Shown piece by piece: positions 1 through 8,431 of a stretch of 54,445 nucleotides of DNA. Numbering within the stretch: position 1 is the stretch's first letter; each line of letters opens with the position of its first letter. This stretch comes from a virus (Duplodnaviria; Caudoviricetes): the IMG/VR virus record IMGVR_UViG_3300011116_000620, positions 1 through 54,445 of that record; one strand, 5' to 3'. The position numbers and the translations under genes were made by a program. The notes beneath the pieces are model-generated. The model worked only from the letters and a program-made list of their open reading frames with translations, made no database searches and had not been told where the DNA came from.

Positions 1-127
1 CTAGCCCCTGTTGAAAAAGCCCTTGCCGAGTCCATCATCCAAAACGACAACGCCCTCCTTGAGTCTCAAGATAAAAAGCTCTCTGGGTTTTCCAAGCCCT
101 ACCATATCAAATCGGTTAACCTTCGCC
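1..127. repeat. 127-bp direct repeat (left copy), most likely an assembly circularisation overlap
   Basis: Identical to 54319-54445; lies inside a coding sequence. Confidence 0.95.
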
Positions 128-573
128 GCCTTCAAAATGATAACCCCGAATACAAGCTCCAAGATGGTGAGTATGATTATTCTTACTCTCACTTTGTTAG
201 CATTGAGGAAATCTACGGACGGTTCTGGACTCGCTCTGGAACCAATGCCCTTCCTTTTGGTGGAACTGAATACAAGTTGACCCGCAAAAATGGTATTACT
301 GGCTTGATCGAGCGTGATGCCAAGGCTTATGCCAAGTCTGCATGTGACTCCTTCGCTTGCAAAATTGTGGTCAAGACCGAACAGGAAATCGCCAAACGCA
401 AGTCCTCAGAGAAGATCGTCTCCACCAACTACGAAGGTTCGATCAATCCTTGGGACGGCGGGAAGGTGATCGTGAAGACCGACAAATCCGAGTATGTCTG
501 GAATACCAAAGTTATTCTGAATTTCTCGAAGTACGGAACGCCGTTCAACCAATGGCCGACTCGCTTGGCCTAA
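1..573 (+). CDS. 3' part of a 307-aa hypothetical protein spanning the origin (starts at 53968)
   Basis: Frame 1 is open from base 1 to TAA at 571-573 and continues the ORF from 53968. Confidence 0.85.
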   Translation, partial: LAPVEKALAESIIQNDNALLESQDKKLSGFSKPYHIKSVNLRRLQNDNPEYKLQDGEYDYSYSHFVSIEEIYGRFWTRSGTNALPFGGTEYKLTRKNGITGLIERDAKAYAKSACDSFACKIVVKTEQEIAKRKSSEKIVSTNYEGSINPWDGGKVIVKTDKSEYVWNTKVILNFSKYGTPFNQWPTRLA

Positions 574-708
574 CTGCCCAAGCGGTCATAGGCTCCAGCA
601 CCAAGAATTGAGTCGATAAATTTCTTGGTTTCCTCTGGAGTCTGCTTTAGTGCCTCATTAATCCGATCCATCGATTCGTCATCGGCCTTCTTCCAATCCT
701 TGCCGAGA

Positions 709-3700
709 TCATTCAAAGATTTTTCCATAAGTCTCCTTTACTGGTGCTTCGCCTTTTGTCCTAGATACATTTCCGTCCACTTGATAGCCTATATCAATAA
801 GGTTCTCCTTGGTCAATTTATTCCAAGTATTCCTAGCCTTTTCTGATGCGCCCTTGATATAGCTGTAGGGAACCCAGCGTCCGTTAGGCTTGTTAAACCT
901 TTGCGATGCCCTGCCAAGAGCAGTCTTATCATCCACATCGATATGCACGACTCCGATGGTATATCCAAGTGCTTTCAGATTTTTTGCCATCTCGGATACC
1001 TTGGTTGAGTTCTGCCCAGTGATATCGATAAGCATATTATGGCGTTCCTGTGTGGCTCTTGGCATGATCATCTTTTCTGCGATGATGGCCGATTCATCAT
1101 GGAAAGCACCAGCGTTCCAACCTTGGAATCCGTGAGATTTTGATTTGATCGAATCTGGATCGATAACCGTTACCTGTTGACCGCCTAGAATCTTTTCTGC
1201 AAATGGACGACCAGTCGTTGTCTTTCCGCTGGCTGGAGATCCCATGAGGATAACCGCCACTGGATTGTCGGATTTTGCGTTTGGATTAAGTCCATCCTTG
1301 ACCTGCTGGTTGATCCATTCTTTGTGATGAGGCGTAGGATTCCGCAAGGTTTCAACTATATCCTTGCTCTGTTTATACCGAGAAGGATCACGAAGCGACC
1401 ATCTGGTAACGCTTGCGTCATCAAATGATATGCCCTCACGATCCGCTGTCTGTTGCCGTAGCCTGTGCATATCTGCGATGGCCTTTTTGGCTTTTGGCTC
1501 ATTTTCAAGCCTTTTGACCATTGAATCCACATCTTCGCCATCCTTGGATTCGCTTGTTTCGGAAACTTGTTTTGCCTTGGTTGATGCCTTGGCTGATTTG
1601 ATCCCACCGCCGCCTGACCATCTTCCCTTTTCATCCCTTGGTTGGTTTGGATCGTAAAATTCAATTTTTTCTCCGTTGTACTGAAAAACAAATGATTCAA
1701 TCGCAACCGATTCATCGAATTGGAATCCCTCGGAGCCGTCATCTGGTAGTTGAATCACGATGGGTACATATATCAACTGACTTCCCTCTGCCAACTCTTT
1801 TGTTGCTAGGGGCGATGGTTTGGGGCCATTCTCATAAACATACTTGCGGATTGCATCTACCTCGAAAATTTGCATTTTCTTGATGGCACTTGGGGCAACC
1901 CCGCCGTCCTTGGTAAAAATTTTAGACACAGCCGCCAACCCAGTCTTCCCCATCTTTTGCGCCTTGGTTGTTGGGATATTGTCGGCAACGCTTTTGAATC
2001 CTTCAGCCAAAACGCTGATAATCCCGATAAGCTGTTTGCCTCCGATCTTTGGGGCATTCCCAGAACGCAATACGCCGTACTCCATAGCCAGATCCAAGCT
2101 GTCGGTGCTGTACACCTTGCCACCACCCCAAACCCCGCTTTTAGATGGCTTTAAGCCCTCTTTTCGTATGGTTTTAAGGACATCTGCCGATGTTCCGTGA
2201 TAAAGAGTGGTAGCCTCTCCTGTCTTCTTGCTGGCTTCCGCTGGATTATCTTGCGCCCATCTTGGGGTGGGAGTCGCCCCCTTGGATATCCCTCCGCCAT
2301 CCGTCCATTTCCCAGACTGATCTCGCTTCTGACTAGGATCGTAAAAATTTGTTTCAAATTTTGAAATAGATGATTTTTTTATTACTTTTGCAAGTTTTTC
2401 TGGAAAGAAAATTTTATATACTATATGTCCTGCATCTGGAAGTTTTAATCCGTCAAATCCCCAGCTAATTAACTGATCGGTAACATATTTATCATATTCC
2501 TTCCACCCACCAAGCTTTAGTGAGCTTTCATCAATTATTCTTTCAACAATATCTCCATGTCCACTTGCCCCTACATCCTTCTTAACTATTGCATCTTTAT
2601 TCGTGGTAAGCCACATCCCACCATCAGCAGATTTTTTAACATCATATCCGTGTTTTTCGATTGCTTCTTTTGCTTCTTTTGTCGTTCCGTGATATGCAAC
2701 AACACTAGATCCAGATTCGCTCCACTTGCCAGACTCATCCCTTGGCTGGGATGGGTCATAGAAGTTTATCGCTTGATAGCTCCTGTAATAATTACGCCCT
2801 CGTCCTCGTTGTAGTCCGAGATGAACTCGATTCGGGAAAGATCGCTCGTAGTTGTCGATGACTCCTTTGTAGGCTTTTTTTCCTGCAATTCTTGTGTCTC
2901 CACCGATGAATTCACCGATGCCTCTGACTGCTTCTGATTTTCCATTTATTGCTCCTAGAAATTTGGCAACATTCGCCGTCAACTGCGATCCTTTGTCGAG
3001 GATTGTTACGCTGGTTTTGGCTCTGTCACCCACCATTGTTCTAAAACTGATTCCATTATCCGACAAGATTTTTCTGACTTGATCCATAGGCTTGTCTGCC
3101 GTGATCTTGTGCAGAATGTCGGGACCGTCCTTCTTTTTCTGGAAAGCCACGACTGCCTTCTGGTTCAACATGGCTCCAAGCTTGGATGCCGTATATGCAA
3201 GCTGTTCAAAATCCTTGATGCCTTTTACATCGATCTTTACGGAGTTCTCTGCTCCATCTTCCCAGTCCCCAATGGCAGATTCAATTTTCCCGCTAATTTT
3301 TTGCTTGTCGATCAGATCCTTGGCTATGCTGACTGCTCTGGCTTGCTCTGGAGATTTAAGCATCTTGCTTGCCTCTTCATAATTCATGTTCTCCCTGATA
3401 TTCGGAGACACCATGATTTGCCCGCCTTCCGAAGTCCATTTTCCAGATTGATCTCTGGCTTGTGAAGGATCGTAGGCAAATGTGGCTACCTCAAATATCT
3501 TTTTCCCTTCGATTTCTTCACGAATCGCAACTGCAATATTGTCTGCCAAGTAATCTGCAATATCATTAAAGTCTGGAGCCTTTTCTAAGGCAACCATATT
3601 TCCCTGTGCTGACATCGGCTGAATACCAATACTTTTTCTTACGATATTTGATATCTGCCTACCGCCATCAACCTTGTTGTATTCGGAAACTGCTCCACGA

Positions 3701-5010
3701 ATAAATCCTTTTAGTGCAGACCGCCCAGCGATAATGGCTCCCAATTCTGGATTAAACAACGATCCAATAAGAATTTTATACCTGTCACCATGAGCAGATT
3801 TTATAGCCTCAATCGTTCCCTTCGATCCTATGCTTACAATCCTTGCTACTCCATGAAGGAATTTCTGCCCATCGTCACTGGATAACCAATTTTTGATCTG
3901 ATAGGCCTTGGAAGCCCCATATTGACCCGCAACCCTAGCTCCACTGGCAATAGCAGTAATCCCCTTTATAGCCCCCTTTACGCTCGATTTTGCCATATCT
4001 AGGGCTGAGTTTTCTTTTTGAGCCTTCTCTATTAACTTGCTTTTGAAGTCACCGCCTTGGCTAGTCCACTTTCCAGACTCATCTCTAGCCTGTGAAGGAT
4101 CGTAAAGAAGTGTGGCTCCTTGTTCCTTTAGTGACAAAAGATCAGCTTTTAGCTGTTCCAAATTGGTCTTGTCGGTGATCGGGCCACCCACAATCCAAGC
4201 ATCGCAGGTTCTTAGCGAGGCACATTTGAAATCGAAGATTTCGCAGTAGCCAAGATCGCCAGCTTGTTCAACTTCCTGTGCGTCAGATCCAATTCCCTTG
4301 CTGATGCAGTCTGTGAGTTTGGTTGTCTGATTGAATCCAGCGCAGTTCCCGCAACGCATCGTCTTGGCTTCTTTGACCGATCCTCCGAAGATTTTTGCTT
4401 TCGCAGTCCAGTATTCTTCATTCGGCTCCTTGGGATTGGCTGGGCCGTAATGTGCTACATCAATAGCTTTTTGCCTGTTTGCTAGATTGGTTTTGATGTC
4501 CTGTGTTGCGAGTGGACACTTGTTTGAATCAAAATTTATTTTATTTTCTTTACTAGAATATTCCGTGATTTGATCTGGGCTAAATGCTATATATGAATCT
4601 CCTTCTCCTTCAAATTTGTTATTATAAACAACCCCATCGTATCCAGCATTTTGAATTGCGTTTCTTATTGCACTTGTAGATGCCGAGGCATGAAGCTTTG
4701 ACCCAATGGCCTTATTGACTTGCTCTACCACCTTTTCCCCATACCATGCACCCATATCTTTAAGTCTTAATGGTTTTTCTATTTTTACTTTATAAGCTTT
4801 TATTGTTCCTCCGTCTCCCACTCTCCAATCTGCCTGCTCTTTTGTTCCAAAATGAAATCCAATATCATTCCCAAGAAAAGCTGTACTAAATTTATCAAAA
4901 ATAGCTTTTGTTCCATGATACAAAATAGATGGAATAGATTCTTTTGAAGATGCACAAGTATTGCCCTCTTTAAATCCACCAGCCCCAGTTCCGCAGTCTT
5001 CAAGATTCAT
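709..5010 (-). CDS. Polyvalent head-module polyprotein: 3 ADP-ribosyltransferase-like modules, Cys-rich module, 2 unknown modules, C-terminal zeta-toxin-like P-loop kinase
   Basis: LYHGT..GFHFG..GYDGV; AYHGTT..GFDGL; LYHGTS..IRKEGLKP..VYST; MGSPASGKTT/IDPDSIK/IDITG; five YDPxQxRDxxGKW repeats; ATG at 5010 after extended -10 TGCTACAAT. Confidence 0.8.
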   Translation of the reverse strand: MNLEDCGTGAGGFKEGNTCASSKESIPSILYHGTKAIFDKFSTAFLGNDIGFHFGTKEQADWRVGDGGTIKAYKVKIEKPLRLKDMGAWYGEKVVEQVNKAIGSKLHASASTSAIRNAIQNAGYDGVVYNNKFEGEGDSYIAFSPDQITEYSSKENKINFDSNKCPLATQDIKTNLANRQKAIDVAHYGPANPKEPNEEYWTAKAKIFGGSVKEAKTMRCGNCAGFNQTTKLTDCISKGIGSDAQEVEQAGDLGYCEIFDFKCASLRTCDAWIVGGPITDKTNLEQLKADLLSLKEQGATLLYDPSQARDESGKWTSQGGDFKSKLIEKAQKENSALDMAKSSVKGAIKGITAIASGARVAGQYGASKAYQIKNWLSSDDGQKFLHGVARIVSIGSKGTIEAIKSAHGDRYKILIGSLFNPELGAIIAGRSALKGFIRGAVSEYNKVDGGRQISNIVRKSIGIQPMSAQGNMVALEKAPDFNDIADYLADNIAVAIREEIEGKKIFEVATFAYDPSQARDQSGKWTSEGGQIMVSPNIRENMNYEEASKMLKSPEQARAVSIAKDLIDKQKISGKIESAIGDWEDGAENSVKIDVKGIKDFEQLAYTASKLGAMLNQKAVVAFQKKKDGPDILHKITADKPMDQVRKILSDNGISFRTMVGDRAKTSVTILDKGSQLTANVAKFLGAINGKSEAVRGIGEFIGGDTRIAGKKAYKGVIDNYERSFPNRVHLGLQRGRGRNYYRSYQAINFYDPSQPRDESGKWSESGSSVVAYHGTTKEAKEAIEKHGYDVKKSADGGMWLTTNKDAIVKKDVGASGHGDIVERIIDESSLKLGGWKEYDKYVTDQLISWGFDGLKLPDAGHIVYKIFFPEKLAKVIKKSSISKFETNFYDPSQKRDQSGKWTDGGGISKGATPTPRWAQDNPAEASKKTGEATTLYHGTSADVLKTIRKEGLKPSKSGVWGGGKVYSTDSLDLAMEYGVLRSGNAPKIGGKQLIGIISVLAEGFKSVADNIPTTKAQKMGKTGLAAVSKIFTKDGGVAPSAIKKMQIFEVDAIRKYVYENGPKPSPLATKELAEGSQLIYVPIVIQLPDDGSEGFQFDESVAIESFVFQYNGEKIEFYDPNQPRDEKGRWSGGGGIKSAKASTKAKQVSETSESKDGEDVDSMVKRLENEPKAKKAIADMHRLRQQTADREGISFDDASVTRWSLRDPSRYKQSKDIVETLRNPTPHHKEWINQQVKDGLNPNAKSDNPVAVILMGSPASGKTTTGRPFAEKILGGQQVTVIDPDSIKSKSHGFQGWNAGAFHDESAIIAEKMIMPRATQERHNMLIDITGQNSTKVSEMAKNLKALGYTIGVVHIDVDDKTALGRASQRFNKPNGRWVPYSYIKGASEKARNTWNKLTKENLIDIGYQVDGNVSRTKGEAPVKETYGKIFE
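1615..1656 (-). repeat. Peptide repeat 5 YDPNQPRDEKGRWS
   Basis: Translated sequence. Confidence 0.95.
2302..2343 (-). repeat. Peptide repeat 4 YDPSQKRDQSGKWT
   Basis: Translated sequence. Confidence 0.95.
2719..2760 (-). repeat. Peptide repeat 3 YDPSQPRDESGKWS
   Basis: Translated sequence. Confidence 0.95.
3433..3474 (-). repeat. Peptide repeat 2 YDPSQARDQSGKWT
   Basis: Translated sequence; DNA nearly identical to repeat 1. Confidence 0.95.
4063..4104 (-). repeat. Peptide repeat 1 YDPSQARDESGKWT
   Basis: Translated sequence. Confidence 0.95.
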
Positions 5011-5043
5011 GCGCTTTGAATTGTAGCAAAGCGGATTCACTTG

Positions 5044-7038
5044 TTATTTGCTCCGCAATTTGTCTAGTTGTCCGACAATCTTTCTAGCTCTTGCAAGCCC
5101 CGCATCGCCACCCCACCCCATATAGGCTTGCCATCCTTTGCCATGCTCGCTCCATGTCGAACCCTTCTTGTCCACCTCATGTCGTGATAGGAAGCTGTAG
5201 ATACGCCTCCAAGTGCGGGGAGAAAGCCGTTTGCGTCCGATAATATCTCTAGCCCTAGCGATTCCTACCTGTGTCATTCCACGCTCGCTTGCTGGTTTTT
5301 CGGCACGAACCCGCAAGGCCGCTTTCGCCGCTTGTACCATTCCATCCGAGGGAGTCAAATCAATGTCATCAATCGACTGCATTTCAATGGCATCAAGAAT
5401 CATCTCCGCATCTTGCGTGGTAAAAGTCTTTGAGTTGGTCGTGCGTCTGGCTCTTGGAATAAAATCGTCATCCAGATATTGAGGAGCCGTTTTCACTTCC
5501 TCTTGCTTAGGTTGTTCCGCTGGGGGTTGTTCTGCTTCTGGTGCTGGTGCTGGCATCGGGAAGGATGGCTGACCAGTCTTGAAAGCCTCAGAAATAGATT
5601 CGATTGGAACATCCATTTCTTTCGACAATTCCTTTGCAAACTTGACCTCGTAAGCCCTTTGACGAAGTGCTTCTTCATAGTCCTCGCCCTTGGCTCCGTA
5701 CACCTCTGCCGCCGTTTTCAGACCTGCCTTAAACTCGCTGATATTGGCGTTTGAATCACGCCCAACATCAATGGTGGAATCGGAGGGATAAATCCATTTC
5801 CCATTTGTAAAATTCTTGATTGGCGGGATTTTTCCTCTAGCGATTCCGTCAGCCAGCACAACATTCTTAACCCTGTCGAAGAATCGATCTTCAAAAATAG
5901 TCTGCCATCTCTTGAAAGTCCGTGAAGCAAGAGCCATCTCTAGGCGAACAGTAGGGCCGCCAAGTTTTGAAAGATCGTAGCAGAATCCAAAGGGCAAATT
6001 AAATGCAAGGGCAATCATGTGAACGATAAGATCAACATATCCTTGAAAGGCAGAGGATGGACGATTGCTTTCGAACATCTTCATTTCAGATCCAGTAGGG
6101 ATATAATTGATTTGCCCCTTTTGCATATTTTCCAGATTGATTGTATTTCCGTAAGAATCAGTCTGGGCTTGATTGAAATACGAGGCGGGATCATCCGAAG
6201 ATCCAGTGGCGTTTGAGATTGTCATAATGCGGAACGCCGCATTCTTAACGGCAAGGTTTTCCGCATCCATAGTTTCGGCAAGATCCTTGCAATAGTTCAC
6301 AACCGAAGCCAGATGACTACGGCCACGAACCTCATCCAGCCGAAGGGGATCATAAATCAATAGGAAGCTCTGGGCGGGAATATCCTGTGCGTCAGTATAG
6401 AAATTGCCTTGTGTGCGCCGATAAACCTTGTAGGCAACGGAACGACCATATTCGTCAAACTTAATTCCAGCAATATATTCTTGTGACGATGTGGGGTTGT
6501 CAAAACTTCCACCGATACGATCTGCCTCCACTGCCTGTAGCCGAATGTCGCTGTTAGGGTCAACTTGTCCGTCAATCGAGCGTTCTCTGGTGATGACAAA
6601 TCCAACATCTCCGTCACGAAGAACCGACCTCAAGGCCAGATGGGACAAGGCTTGGAAGCTGTGTCTCCCAAAGAAGTCACAACGCTTGCACCAAGCATTC
6701 CAGTAATCTTCATAGGCTTGATCGATTTTCCTGTCTCCAGTGCGTGACATATAGCGGAAATTTCCAAGCGCATACTGGGAGAATTTAAGCAGAATAGAAC
6801 GAACAATAGGATTGTTGTCCTCAAGATCACGACCAGCCTTTAAAAGTTCCAGCCGTTCATAGGTTGCAGAATAGCCTTCGCCACCAGAAAGAGGGCGGGA
6901 AGGAAGTCTGTCCCGAAGAGGATATGCTCCAGCAAATCGAGAAAATTCGATTAGCTTGCATTTGTCGGCAAGACGCTTGACCCCAAAATTAGGGTTGATC
7001 GCCGTGATTGCCTTCTCAAATAAGTTAAGCTTGGGCAT
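5044..7038 (-). CDS. Portal protein, lambda family, with C-terminal extra domain
   Basis: RDLEDNNP, RDGDVGF, LQAVEADRI, GIKFDEYGR, EVRGRS motifs; located downstream of terL and gpW-like gene. Confidence 0.9.
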   Translation of the reverse strand: MPKLNLFEKAITAINPNFGVKRLADKCKLIEFSRFAGAYPLRDRLPSRPLSGGEGYSATYERLELLKAGRDLEDNNPIVRSILLKFSQYALGNFRYMSRTGDRKIDQAYEDYWNAWCKRCDFFGRHSFQALSHLALRSVLRDGDVGFVITRERSIDGQVDPNSDIRLQAVEADRIGGSFDNPTSSQEYIAGIKFDEYGRSVAYKVYRRTQGNFYTDAQDIPAQSFLLIYDPLRLDEVRGRSHLASVVNYCKDLAETMDAENLAVKNAAFRIMTISNATGSSDDPASYFNQAQTDSYGNTINLENMQKGQINYIPTGSEMKMFESNRPSSAFQGYVDLIVHMIALAFNLPFGFCYDLSKLGGPTVRLEMALASRTFKRWQTIFEDRFFDRVKNVVLADGIARGKIPPIKNFTNGKWIYPSDSTIDVGRDSNANISEFKAGLKTAAEVYGAKGEDYEEALRQRAYEVKFAKELSKEMDVPIESISEAFKTGQPSFPMPAPAPEAEQPPAEQPKQEEVKTAPQYLDDDFIPRARRTTNSKTFTTQDAEMILDAIEMQSIDDIDLTPSDGMVQAAKAALRVRAEKPASERGMTQVGIARARDIIGRKRLSPRTWRRIYSFLSRHEVDKKGSTWSEHGKGWQAYMGWGGDAGLARARKIVGQLDKLRSK

Positions 7039-7041
7039 AAA

Positions 7042-7470
7042 TTATTTCTTTTCGCAACTTCCCTTTGCATATGGAGCAACGCCTTCGACTGGCTTGTAGC
7101 CTTCCCAGCATCGCCCCTCTTTGGCTCCCATATCTTCCGTAGCATTGTCCTTTCTGCGAGGTAAATCGATATTGAATCCAAGCTTGTCGATGTACTGCAA
7201 GGCATCATCATAATAATGAGCAACAATATTTTTATCTGTGGTTGGAGGAATTTTTGTATTCACTTGGTAGGCTTTGGCAATAGCGTACTTGGATTCCTTC
7301 AGCAATTCCTCTTTTACCTTGTAAAATTCAGCTTTGGCTTCTCCGTTTGTTGGATGCTCTGGATGCGTAATTTCATGAGATAGCTTCATCAGTCGAGCAA
7401 ACATGGAAATTGCCCTGTTTGCGTCTTCGAGCATGAATAAGGCTTGATCAATAAGTTCTAGGATTTTCAT
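7042..7470 (-). CDS. Hypothetical protein with C-terminal CWEGY...GSC motif
   Basis: 142-aa ORF packed between neighbours. Confidence 0.6.
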   Translation of the reverse strand: MKILELIDQALFMLEDANRAISMFARLMKLSHEITHPEHPTNGEAKAEFYKVKEELLKESKYAIAKAYQVNTKIPPTTDKNIVAHYYDDALQYIDKLGFNIDLPRRKDNATEDMGAKEGRCWEGYKPVEGVAPYAKGSCEKK

Positions 7471-7471
7471 A

Positions 7472-7945
7472 TTAGGATAGGCTGATTAGGTACTTGAACC
7501 TGTTTAGTTCTCCAACAATTCCGTCTCGAAGGTTCAATAAATCGGTATCGGATTGTTTAATGCTTCTTGTGAAGTCGTTCATCATAAAGTCGATTGCTTG
7601 ATTGGCAAGGGTAACGCCAGCCCCATCGACCAAATTATACAGCGAAATATTAAAGTTGGCGGTTGCTTGCGCCCTTCCGTACTTGCCAAAATAAGTTTCA
7701 AGAAGTTCGTCAATAAGCTCGTCTAGCTTCTCATAGATGTTGCCAAAAGTCTTATGATTTGCATAGCTTTTAGTTTGCCAGTGATAAATGCGGAACTGAT
7801 TCTGCACATAAAGCAGTTTGGTTACAATGATATCCCCATTATTTTTGGGGGCGATCTCTGTAAGAACTTCAACTGGAGCCTTCTGAATCTCTAGGTCTGT
7901 TTGCATCTTATCGACCTTTTCAAGCATCTTATCGATATAATTCAT
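7472..7945 (-). CDS. Dps/ferritin-like protein (DUF5856-like)
   Basis: HWQTKSYANHKTFGNIYE..D.LLETY.GKYGR; DLLNLRD..KYL. Confidence 0.75.
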   Translation of the reverse strand: MNYIDKMLEKVDKMQTDLEIQKAPVEVLTEIAPKNNGDIIVTKLLYVQNQFRIYHWQTKSYANHKTFGNIYEKLDELIDELLETYFGKYGRAQATANFNISLYNLVDGAGVTLANQAIDFMMNDFTRSIKQSDTDLLNLRDGIVGELNRFKYLISLS

Positions 7946-7971
7946 AAATATCGCTATTTATATCAACCTTA

Positions 7972-8229
7972 TTAAGTCCTACCGCCATTGGAATAGTCGG
8001 GGAAAGTGCGATTGATCCTAGCCCTTGAGCCAGCCAAACGATTGATTGCCGCCGTGCATTCCATGACCGTATTCTGCAACTCCTGTAAGTTTGCCCTTGT
8101 AAGTTGCCTTCCACCAATACTATATGAGGCACCAGTTTTTAGGATAGCTTCAATAGCTGTGATGGCTTCAGTTCGAATATTTGTTACTGTGGCTAGATCG
8201 AGTCCGTAATATACGCCTTGGATAGCCAT
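7972..8229 (-). CDS. Head-completion protein, gpW-like
   Basis: SYSIGGRQLTRANLQEL; located between terL and portal. Confidence 0.75.
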   Translation of the reverse strand: MAIQGVYYGLDLATVTNIRTEAITAIEAILKTGASYSIGGRQLTRANLQELQNTVMECTAAINRLAGSRARINRTFPDYSNGGRT

Positions 8230-8431
8230 GCTTTTGTGTAGCTGTCAACTTTTGCCTATATTTACTGCGTTTTTTAGCATACTTCCAGATAACGCCATTT
8301 TTATCAAGATCACAAGATGCCAGCATAAGCTCCCGATAGAGCCAGTAGCCCCATCCTGTGCTTAACATGAAAAAGCTGTATAAATGCCCTATTTGATACA
8401 AAAGCCACGATAAACCCAGTTTAAGACTCAT
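8168..8431 (-). CDS. Hypothetical membrane protein
   Basis: ATGA overlap with the terL stop; hydrophobic N-terminus. Confidence 0.45.
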   Translation of the reverse strand: MSLKLGLSWLLYQIGHLYSFFMLSTGWGYWLYRELMLASCDLDKNGVIWKYAKKRSKYRQKLTATQKHGYPRRILRTRSSHSNKYSN

